A DNA stretch of 32,022 nucleotides from Acidimicrobiales bacterium (GTDB lineage Bacteria; Actinomycetota; Acidimicrobiia; Acidimicrobiales; VFJN01): contig DAIQBC010000001.1 of NCBI GenBank assembly GCA_036781345.1, positions 1,121-33,142 of the forward strand. The letters run 5' to 3'. Both the position numbers and the translations under genes were made by a program. Under the pieces are notes generated by a model. That model was not told the origin of the DNA and ran no database searches. It saw nothing but the letters and a program-made list of their open reading frames with translations. Positions 25,675-32,022 of this stretch are shown in pieces. Position 1 is the first letter of the stretch, and each line of letters starts with the position of its first letter.

Positions 25675-25848
25675 AACCTCAGTTGCGACGGCCGGCCTAC
25701 TCGTCGGTGTAGTCGCCGGTCAGGGTGCCCGAGTTGGACGGGCAGGCGTACAGGGCCGCGGCTACTTACCCAGACGATCTCGATGAGGACACGGCATCCT
25801 CCTACCCACAGTTCACGCCCCGCTGCCCGCGCTCTGATCCCCACGACC

Positions 25849-28455
25849 TCATCTTCCCCAATCGAGCTCCAGACCGAGGTCGTCTCGCCCCAGCCCGAGC
25901 TCGGGGGTCGGCAACCCAGCGTCGCGGTGCAGGCGGTCGGCGACGCTGAGGGCTGAATAGCGATCAGCTTCGTGAGCAAGGACCCCACCGAGGACGTCCA
26001 CTGGGTCAAGCATGCCTTCGGGGTCGGGGAGCCACGCATGGTTCGCCTCGCGACCCCGGGTGAGGGCGACGTAGGCATGGTTTCGGTTGGTGCCCGGTTC
26101 GATGACGGCGATGCCGATGTCGACGGTGTCGCCTTGGTTGCCGTAGCCGGTGACGGCCCATCCGAGCTCCACGTGGCGGCTGGTGTAGTCGGGAGGCAGC
26201 ACCGCCGTGCCCCGCTCCGGTGCGGTAACAGTGAGCTGGCCTCGGTCATCGATGCGCTCGACGGTCCAGATCTGTCGGTTGCGGACCTGCTGTCCCAGGC
26301 TGGTCTCGAGGGTGCGGTCGTTGCGGCGGGTGGCGATCCGGTCGCCGGCCAGGACGTGGGTGCCGTCGGCGAGCTCGACGCCGCGCTCGCCGAGCCGGTG
26401 TTGTCGGGCTTGGATGGCTTCGTTGATCTCACGGGCGGTGGCGGCGCTGCTGGTGGTGATGGCAACCGACCGGCCCGCGTCGACGTGGCTCCGGTAGGTG
26501 TCGGCGATCCGGTTGGAAAGCAGCGCTGGGTGAGCCGTGTGGAGGCGGTGGTGCTGGTCGTAGAGCTCGACGACGGAGCGCTCCCCGCGCCGCAGTCCGA
26601 GGCTGGCCTCAGCTTCCCATGGCTCGATGAAGCGACGGGGGTCGTCGAGCTCGTGGTGGGGGACGGTCTCGCACCAGTGGGCGAACAGCCCGCCGCGGCC
26701 GACCGAGGGCAGCTGCGCGGGGTCGCCGACGAACACGATCCGCCAGTGCCGGTAGCGGGCGTGGTCGATGAGCTCGGCCAGGTCTTGGGTGGCGGCCATG
26801 CCGGCTTCGTCGACGATGACGGTGGTCCCCATCGGCCACGGCGAGGGCGTCCGGGAGTCGCGGTGGCGGGTGAGGAACCCGGCCAGGGTGTCGGTCGGGC
26901 AGCCGGCCTCGAGGTGCAGCACGTCGGCGGCCTTCCCGGATGGCGCGAGGCCGACAACGGGCCGGTCCCGTTCGCGCAGCTGCTCGACGGCTTGGGCGGT
27001 TGTGCGGGTCTTGCCGGTCCCGGCGGGCCCGACGACCAGGACCAGCCGCGCTGGGCCGGCGATGGCCGCCGCTGCGTCAGCCTGCCGGTCGCCTGAACCG
27101 GGTTCGACGGGGTAGGCGTGCCCGAGCGCCCAGTCCTGCAGCCTGCGCTCCTGTTCGAGGATGTCGATGGTGGTGAGGCGGTGGTCGGTGACGTGCTCGG
27201 CGAAGGGCCGCCCATCCCTTCGCCGGTGGGGTCCTTCCCGCTCCGGGGCGAGCGGGATGCAGCGTTCGACCCCTCGACTGGTGATCTGGTCGACGAGGTC
27301 GACGAGCCCTAGCGCACCGGGTGCGGCGTCGGGCGGGACGAGGGTGGCAACGTGTCGAGCGAGATCGGCGGGCAGCCAGGTCGAAGACTCCTCGGCGACG
27401 CGCCGGACCGCCTCGGTGGCGATCGCATGCTCGTCGGCGGGCGGTCGGGGTCCCGATGCGGGTCCCGATCGTGGTCCCGACGGCCCGAGCTCGGGCAGCT
27501 CGACGCCCAGCGCCCTCGCCTGGTCGCCCCAGGAGCGGTGGAGATCGACGGCGTCGATCCCGTGAGCCTTCGGGGGCCGGGAGGCCAGCACCGCGGCCCG
27601 CGTCAGATGAGCGATCGTCCGGGCATCGGGGTCCGTGCCGTCATGCTCCAGGCTCCAGCGTGCGATCAGCTCGCGCTGCTTCGCCTTGACCTGTGTGGTC
27701 CGCTGCGAGAACGCCTGTCGGACCACCTCCGGGACCCCAGTCAGCTCGGCCTGGCCACCCGCAACGGGGCCCCACTCGACGCCGAGGCGGCCGGTGAGCT
27801 CGCTGCGCAGGGCGGCGTCGTAGACCCAGCCGATCGTGCGCTGCTGGTACTTCAGGAACCGGGCATCGAGCGACAGCCACTTCCCCGTCGGGTCCTGGAC
27901 CTTCGCCGAGATCACGGCATGGGTGTGCAGCTGCGGATCGACAGTCCGGGAGGTGTGCTGCCGGAACAGGGCCGCGGTCACCCCGAGGGTGTCGACCTGA
28001 TGGACGCCCTGTGGTCCGCGGCGGGTCACTCCCCCATGGGTCTGGAACCAGGCCATCGCTGCCTCGACGGCGTGGTCGTGGGCGGCGAGGACCTCCGCCC
28101 GCACCCACGGATCCGGCGTAAGCGCCCACAGCACCGACACCGACTTCGGCGCCGAGAACGTCGCATCGAACCCTCGCACCGACGACTCCCCGAACGACCT
28201 TCCGAGCGCCTCTCCCGTGACCGGATGGGATGCCTCCAGCACCGAACGAAGCGCCTCCGGAGTGACCTCACCCGACACGCCGAGCGCCACCCGACCATCA
28301 CCCCACCAGCGCCCGAGCTGCTCGTCCGGATCGAGGTAGTAGTCCACCGGTCCACGTCCGGGCTTCTCCGGGCCTCGTTCCGCCAGGCCCGCGTAGTACG
28401 CGATCAACCCGCCCACCCCGCCGCCGCTCACCTTGAGCGTCGTCACTCGCATCAT
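25849..28455 (-). CDS. MobF-family conjugative relaxase with C-terminal RecD/TraA-like helicase
   Basis: Start at ATGATG 28455 (MMRVTTLKV). TrwC-type relaxase motifs GFDATFSAPKSVS and the His triad HTSRTVDPQLHTHAVI. Helicase Walker A VVGPAGTGKT and Walker B TVIVDEAGM. Confidence 0.9.
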   Translation of the reverse strand: MMRVTTLKVSGGGVGGLIAYYAGLAERGPEKPGRGPVDYYLDPDEQLGRWWGDGRVALGVSGEVTPEALRSVLEASHPVTGEALGRSFGESSVRGFDATFSAPKSVSVLWALTPDPWVRAEVLAAHDHAVEAAMAWFQTHGGVTRRGPQGVHQVDTLGVTAALFRQHTSRTVDPQLHTHAVISAKVQDPTGKWLSLDARFLKYQQRTIGWVYDAALRSELTGRLGVEWGPVAGGQAELTGVPEVVRQAFSQRTTQVKAKQRELIARWSLEHDGTDPDARTIAHLTRAAVLASRPPKAHGIDAVDLHRSWGDQARALGVELPELGPSGPRSGPASGPRPPADEHAIATEAVRRVAEESSTWLPADLARHVATLVPPDAAPGALGLVDLVDQITSRGVERCIPLAPEREGPHRRRDGRPFAEHVTDHRLTTIDILEQERRLQDWALGHAYPVEPGSGDRQADAAAAIAGPARLVLVVGPAGTGKTRTTAQAVEQLRERDRPVVGLAPSGKAADVLHLEAGCPTDTLAGFLTRHRDSRTPSPWPMGTTVIVDEAGMAATQDLAELIDHARYRHWRIVFVGDPAQLPSVGRGGLFAHWCETVPHHELDDPRRFIEPWEAEASLGLRRGERSVVELYDQHHRLHTAHPALLSNRIADTYRSHVDAGRSVAITTSSAATAREINEAIQARQHRLGERGVELADGTHVLAGDRIATRRNDRTLETSLGQQVRNRQIWTVERIDDRGQLTVTAPERGTAVLPPDYTSRHVELGWAVTGYGNQGDTVDIGIAVIEPGTNRNHAYVALTRGREANHAWLPDPEGMLDPVDVLGGVLAHEADRYSALSVADRLHRDAGLPTPELGLGRDDLGLELDWGR

Positions 28456-28684
28456 CGGATCACGCCCCGAAGCCGCGCTCTGGGTCGTGCCCCGGCCAGT
28501 GCACCCGTCTGCCTCATGTAGGGATAGGCCTGCGGAGGGCCGAACTGTCGCGACGATCGCGCCGACGGAGCGCTCATGGCGAGGCCAAGGTGGAGCCGGA
28601 CGAGCTAGTGGACCACGGCCCTGACATGGCCAGCAGCGGGGCGACGAACGGCCCAGGGGTCCGCTCGGTGGCAACCCGGCGCTG

Positions 28685-28699
28685 GCGCCGGGGCGGCAG
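28685..28699 (+). repeat. Island intergenic motif copy 2
   Basis: Core gcgccggggcggcag. It overlaps the 8-bp-arm palindrome cccggcgc-tg-gcgccggg (28675-28692) in the divergent relaxase / PH-protein promoter region. Confidence 0.8.
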
Positions 28700-28860
28700 G
28701 CCTGGTGCTCAGGCGGAGTCAGCGACGATCACGAGCACTGCACTAGGCAGCGCGTTGCATAACGGGCAGTCTGGGCGGGTGATCCAGGACGAAGCGCACA
28801 CCGAAGCCAGCCCAGGGCCAAGGGGCACACGTCCGCCGAAGAAGTCCATCCTGGGGCTCT

Positions 28861-29331
28861 GTGGAGGCTAACGAGCGGCGCCTGGTCCGGCGCGAGAACG
28901 TGCTCGTACTCACGGCGATCTTCGCCGTGTCCTTCTTCTACTGGATGTTCACAGCCAACGACTCGTCGTCCGGCGTGGATCGGCCAGAGCCCGTATGGGT
29001 CGCGGCGGGAGTGGCGGGTATGGCCATCTCGGCCGCGCTCGCCGTGCGGTCGTGGCGGCTGGGCGTGTATTTGAACGGCAGCTCATCAACAGTGCGCAAC
29101 CTCCTGAGGACTTGGCACGTGGACGCGGAGGAGGTGGCGTCGATCGTCACGGAGCGTGTCCCGATCATGGGCACGCCTATCCCCGCCCTCATGCTGAAAG
29201 ATGGCAGGACGATCCGAATGACGGCGGTCGAGCCCCCCAACACGCGGACCCGGCCGAAGAACCAGGATGCCCAGAGCGCCATGAGTTCCCTCCAACAGTG
29301 GCTGGCGGAACACGGGCATCCAACCGACTAG
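28861..29331 (+). CDS. Membrane protein with bacterial PH-like domain
   Basis: GTG start. Two N-terminal TM segments (VLVLTAIFAVSFFYWMF, VWVAAGVAGMAISAALAV), then WRLGVYLNGSSSTVRNLLRTWHVDAEEVASIV...LMLKDGRTIRMTAV, typical of actinobacterial bPH domains. Confidence 0.6.
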   Translation: MEANERRLVRRENVLVLTAIFAVSFFYWMFTANDSSSGVDRPEPVWVAAGVAGMAISAALAVRSWRLGVYLNGSSSTVRNLLRTWHVDAEEVASIVTERVPIMGTPIPALMLKDGRTIRMTAVEPPNTRTRPKNQDAQSAMSSLQQWLAEHGHPTD

Positions 29332-29366
29332 CCGCACGGAACTGCCGGTAAGGACAACGCGGATCC

Positions 29367-29414
29367 CGATCGGGAACTTGATCGGGACTTCGATCGGGAC
29401 CCTGATCAGACCGT
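29367..29414 (+). repeat. Iteron array 1: 12-bp-phased (c/t)GATCGGGA(a/c) x3 plus one degenerate unit
   Basis: cgatcgggaact (29367), tgatcgggactt (29379), cgatcgggaccc (29391), tgatcagaccgt (29403). A GGATCC lies immediately upstream at 29361-29366. Confidence 0.8.
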
Positions 29415-29436
29415 GGCCGGGATCAGCTCGCGCTCT

Positions 29437-29455
29437 GCGCCGGGGCGGCAGAGGT
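29437..29455 (+). repeat. Island intergenic motif copy 3 (left arm of 19-bp inverted repeat)
   Basis: gcgccggggcggcagaggt. With flanks it reads ctctgc-gccggggcg-gcagag, a possible 6-bp stem. Confidence 0.85.
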
Positions 29456-29507
29456 CCATCCGACCTGACTGTGTCCACGACTGCCGCCGCGGGCACACTT
29501 GCCTGCA

Positions 29508-29879
29508 ATGGAGACGATCGACCAGAACCGAATCGCGAAGCCTCGGGTTGGGTGGGTCGTCTGCGGCGTGCTGGCGGTTGCCCTCTTGGCGGCCGGAGGC
29601 TTCTACGCGTTCAGAGACACCAGCGAGCCCTGCTACCAGACGACGATGAACACGCCAGATCCCGATCCGAAGCCAACCGCTGAAGCGGCTGCGATGTCCT
29701 TCCTGACTCTCGATGGTTGGCCCGACGAGTTCGTGGATGATCTCGGCCATTACGAACAGACCACGACTGCCGAGGGCATCGAGTTCGCTACCGGTGGGTC
29801 ACCCTCGGCGGAGTTTCGAGTGATCGAGAGTGGCGCTGGTTGGATCGTCGTTGGGGTGGCCCTGACGTGTCCAACCTGA
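29508..29879 (+). CDS. Small membrane-anchored hypothetical protein
   Basis: ATG at 29508 (METIDQNRIAKPRVGWVVCGVLAVALLAAGGFYAF). One N-terminal TM, then an acidic ~80-aa domain. No clear RBS. Confidence 0.5.
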   Translation: METIDQNRIAKPRVGWVVCGVLAVALLAAGGFYAFRDTSEPCYQTTMNTPDPDPKPTAEAAAMSFLTLDGWPDEFVDDLGHYEQTTTAEGIEFATGGSPSAEFRVIESGAGWIVVGVALTCPT

Positions 29880-29915
29880 CACCACGCGATCAATAGCTAA
29901 GCGGTTCCTCGGGCA

Positions 29916-29934
29916 ACCTCTGCCGCCCCGGCGC
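29916..29934 (-). repeat. Island intergenic motif copy 4 (right arm of 19-bp inverted repeat)
   Basis: acctctgccgccccggcgc is the exact reverse complement of 29437-29455. Confidence 0.85.
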
Positions 29935-29992
29935 TGAGGTCCTCGTGATCCCAAGTGCTTCGTCGCAGGCCCCGGTTCGGCCGGTATCCCCT

Positions 29993-30040
29993 GAGTTGGG
30001 ACCTCGATTGGGACCGCCATCGGGACCTAGATCGGGACCG
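29993..30040 (+). repeat. Iteron array 2: 12-bp-phased nnAT(c/t)GGGACCn x4
   Basis: gagttgggacct (29993), cgattgggaccg (30005), ccatcgggacct (30017), agatcgggaccg (30029), followed by degenerate units. It lies directly upstream of xis. Confidence 0.8.
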
Positions 30041-30104
30041 TCATCGCGCACGATCCGGCCGGGACGCCAGCCAGCGACCCTCCACTCCTGCCTGGAGGTA
30101 CCCC

Positions 30105-30323
30105 GTGCCGATCGATCGTTCGACCCCGCCCCTGCTCCCCAATCGCCTCGTCGGCATCGGCGAGGTCGCCGACCTGCTCGGCGTCGAGGTTCGTCACGTC
30201 CGCCGGCTCGTTGCCGAACGCCGCATCCCGTTCATCAAGTGGGGGCACCTGGTTCGGTTCGACCCTCTCGAGCTCGCCGCTTGGATCGACGAGCACCGGC
30301 TGGCGTCAGGACCGTCGCGATGA
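30105..30323 (+). CDS. xis: Excisionase-family DNA-binding protein (MerR-like winged HTH)
   Basis: GTG at 30105 with GGAGG 6 nt upstream. LVGIGEVADLLGVEVRHVRRLVAERRIPFIKWGHLVRFDPLELAAWI is a typical HTH_17/excisionase signature. The longer track ORF (from 29955) merely translates the iterons. Confidence 0.8.
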   Translation: MPIDRSTPPLLPNRLVGIGEVADLLGVEVRHVRRLVAERRIPFIKWGHLVRFDPLELAAWIDEHRLASGPSR

Positions 30324-30418
30324 GGGGCGGACCGTCACACCGGACTCCTACGATGGTCTCAGCCCTCGGGCCTCGCCGTTCACTCGGCCTCCAATCCGGT
30401 TGATCGGGAGCGAGGCCA

Positions 30419-31549
30419 GTGGCGCACGTCGAGAAGCGAGGGCCCTCCCGTTGGAGGGCTCGATACCGGGGACCTGACGGGCGAGAGCGGTCGATGACGT
30501 TCGATCGGCGCGCAGACGCCGACCGGTGGCTCGCGGCGAACGAGATCGCTAAGGCCCGCAGCGAGTGGATCGACCCGAGCTTGGGTCGCTGCACGTTCGC
30601 CACCTGGGCAGAGCAGTGGAAGACCACGCTCGTCGATCTGCGGCCGGCCACGCGAGACCGTGATCTTCGGATCCTCCGAGTGCACCTGGTCCCCCACTTC
30701 GGGACCATGCCCCTCGCCAAGATCACGCGTGGGACCGTCGTCGGGTTCGTCAGCGGGATGCTCGCCGCTGGCGACCATGCACCCGCGACGGTCCGGAAAG
30801 TCGGCCAGGTCCTCAACAAGGTCCTGAAGGCGGCCGTCGAGGCGGGCCTGATCACCAGGTCACCGAGCGACGGGGTCCGGCTGCCCGCCGAAGGGCGACG
30901 CGAGATGGCCTTCCTCACCCCAGACCAGGTCAATCTCCTCGCCACGGCCGTTGGCCCGGAATGGGAGGCTCTTGTCCTCACCGCGGCCTACACCGGACTC
31001 CGGTGGGGCGAGCTGGCCGGCCTCCGGGTCGGACGAGTCGATCTCGCCCGACGGACGGTGACGGTGGTCGAGCAGCTGAACGAGCTCAGCGGGCAGCTGG
31101 AGTTCGGGCCCCCGAAGACAGCGGCCGGCCGAAGGGCCGTCTCGCTCCCCGTCCTGCTGACGGAGCTCCTCGCGGTCCAGCTCGAGCGATCCGAGGTGGT
31201 TCGCAGCGGACTGGTGTTCCCGACGCCGGTGGGCGAGCCGATGCGGCGATCCAACTTCGCTCGACGGGTCTGGGCACCGGCAGTCAGGGCGCTCGAGCTC
31301 GACGGTCTGCGCTTCCACGACCTCCGGCACACCGCGGTGGCCATAGCAATCGCCCAGGGCGCCCATCCGAAGACGCTCCAGCAGCGGATGGGCCACAGCT
31401 CCGTGACCGTCACGCTCGATCGGTACGGGCACCTCTACGACGGCCTCGACGCCCAAGTCGCGGACTCACTCGACCAGGTCCTGCGAACTTCGCGCGGCAT
31501 GAGCGCTCCGTCCCCGCCGGCGGCTGGCGAGCCGCTGCGGCTGCTCTGA
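30419..31549 (+). CDS. int: Tyrosine-type site-specific integrase
   Basis: GTG start. N-terminal SAM-like and core-binding region. Catalytic landmarks TGLRWGELAGL (Arg), HDLRHTAV (H-x-x-R) and GHSSVTVTLDRYGHL (His, Tyr). Confidence 0.9.
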   Translation: MAHVEKRGPSRWRARYRGPDGRERSMTFDRRADADRWLAANEIAKARSEWIDPSLGRCTFATWAEQWKTTLVDLRPATRDRDLRILRVHLVPHFGTMPLAKITRGTVVGFVSGMLAAGDHAPATVRKVGQVLNKVLKAAVEAGLITRSPSDGVRLPAEGRREMAFLTPDQVNLLATAVGPEWEALVLTAAYTGLRWGELAGLRVGRVDLARRTVTVVEQLNELSGQLEFGPPKTAAGRRAVSLPVLLTELLAVQLERSEVVRSGLVFPTPVGEPMRRSNFARRVWAPAVRALELDGLRFHDLRHTAVAIAIAQGAHPKTLQQRMGHSSVTVTLDRYGHLYDGLDAQVADSLDQVLRTSRGMSAPSPPAAGEPLRLL

Positions 31550-31865
31550 GACAGCCAGAGCAGGCACGGCAGGGTTCCGACGAACCAACGTCGATCACGG
31601 CGTCGGTCTCACGAACCCCGTCGTGTGAGACTCCGTCGATGGTCAAGACCGGGGCCCGAGCGTCGGCTCTGGCGTTGCTGCTCGAGCGGATCGGACGGCC
31701 GCTCACGTCGAGCCGACGTCCTGCGCCGCGGATCGGTCCACGACCTCGTCGGTGACCGCTCGCTGGAGGCGGTGCTCCGTGACCCGAGCAAGGTCGATCT
31801 GGACGCGCTCAGGACCCTTCTCGAGGCCCGAACCGCGTGAGTCCTCGCGGCCTCCGCGAAATTCT

Positions 31866-31885
31866 CGCGGCCTGGCCGCGGCCTG
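31866..31885. repeat. 20-bp box cgcggcctggccgcggcctg, copy 3 of 3 (tRNA-proximal arm)
   Basis: Exact 20-mer, 48 nt inside the proximal att repeat. It is preceded by a second small palindrome cgcgg-cct-ccgcg. Confidence 0.85.
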
Positions 31886-31933
31886 GGGCTCCAATTTCGG
31901 GCGAGCCGTTGCGCTGGTTTCCGGACAAAACCG

Positions 31934-31993
31934 CAGGTCAGGGGTGGTGGGGCTAGGAAGAATCGAACTTCCGACCTCATCCTTATCAGGGAT
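31934..31993 (-). repeat. att repeat, tRNA-proximal copy
   Basis: Identical over 60/60 nt to 22778-22837. Covers tRNA positions from the anticodon stem to CCA (31945-31993) plus 11 nt downstream. Confidence 0.9.
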
Positions 31994-32021
31994 GCGCTCT
32001 AACCGACTGAGCTATAGCCCC
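31945..32021 (-). tRNA. tRNA-Ile (anticodon GAU), CCA encoded
   Basis: Minus strand folds by hand as GGGGCTA-TA-GCTC-AGTCGGTTA-GAGC-G-CATCC-CTGATAA-GGATG-AGGTC-GGAAG-TTCGATT-CTTCC-TAGCCCC-A-CCA. 77 nt with a canonical cloverleaf. The anticodon loop CT-GAT-AA gives GAT. Confidence 0.9.
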
Positions 32022-32022
32022 C

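Larger units (their letters stand above)
22778..31993. mobile_element. Integrative mobilizable element (about 9.2 kb) inserted in tRNA-Ile(GAU)
   Basis: Perfect 60-bp direct repeat (22778-22837 = 31934-31993) covering the tRNA from anticodon stem to CCA plus 11 nt. int, xis and a MobF relaxase lie inside. The cargo end has lower GC (58-60% in spot counts, against about 70% in host lines). Confidence 0.85.

Noticed and set aside
25611-27215. 534-aa minus-strand ORF inside the relaxase region
   Set aside because: It is an alternative frame of the relaxase gene with a Pro/Ser/Thr/Ala-rich low-complexity translation. The relaxase frame carries all the catalytic motifs.
29367-30040. CRISPR-like interpretation of the short phased repeats
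   Set aside because: The units are 12 bp and contiguous with no spacers, there are only 3-5 per array, and no cas genes are present. They are iterons or binding arrays, not CRISPR.
29955-30104. Long (122-aa) version of the excisionase ORF, and the ORFs at 29378-29683 (+), 29086-29508 (-) and 29799-30020 (-)
   Set aside because: Their periodic peptides (DLDWDRHRDLDRDRH, IGTSIGTLI, PIEVPIKFPIGI) are simply translations of the 12-bp iterons. A GGAGG-GTG start at 30105 gives a normal 72-aa Xis.
31625-31840. 71-codon plus-strand ORF between int and the att site (C-terminal part VHDLVGDRSLEAVLRDPSKVDLDALRTLLEARTA has high GC3)
   Set aside because: The N-terminal half has poor codon bias. A different frame (MVKTGARASALALLLERIGRPL, from 31639) looks better there, so it may be a frameshifted relic. 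I recognised no family and there is no RBS, so the evidence is too weak to call a gene.

Overview
High-GC (about 70% by spot counts of a few lines) actinobacterial-type chromosomal window with tightly packed genes, many joined by ATGA/GTGA start-stop overlaps. Positions 1-22.7 kb look like ordinary chromosome. They hold a lipoprotein esterase coupled to a cytochrome P450, a saccharopine-dehydrogenase-like gene, a secreted Gly-tailed protein and a lactonase/GlcG/redoxin operon. That operon lies divergent from an SDR-cyclase-GMC oxidoreductase operon. Further right are an ECF sigma/ZAS anti-sigma pair and a long plus-strand run of GH63-like glucosidase, flavoprotein disulfide reductase, CPA2 antiporter, EgtD and EgtB, ending at a convergent glycosyltransferase. 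Positions 22778-31993 are the main item: a ~9.2-kb integrative mobilizable element inserted in the 3-prime end of tRNA-Ile(GAU) (tRNA at 31945-32021, minus strand), bounded by a perfect 60-bp direct repeat. It encodes a tyrosine integrase, an excisionase and a MobF/TrwC-type relaxase-helicase, but no coupling protein, T4SS or FtsK-like TraB. Its lower-GC (~58-60%) cargo end carries an orphan BamHI/BglII-like PD-(D/E)XK nuclease candidate with no methyltransferase. Divergent from it is a translationally coupled polytopic membrane protein plus a GNAT-fold (LuxI/FeeM/OlsB-like) acyltransferase candidate. This cargo is my best candidate for an undescribed system. The element also has unexplained non-coding architecture. 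Two arrays of 12-bp-phased GATCGGGAC-type iterons are present. A 15-19-bp GC-rich motif occurs exactly once in each of four intergenic regions, with one pair forming a 19-bp inverted repeat around a small gene. A 20-bp palindromic box flanks both att arms. A diverged second copy of the distal junction (tRNA-like fragment, TGACCGCC arm repeats and the same box) sits at 4496-4652, suggesting an older related integration. No CRISPR arrays or rRNA genes were seen. All family calls come from motif recognition by eye; no searches were run.
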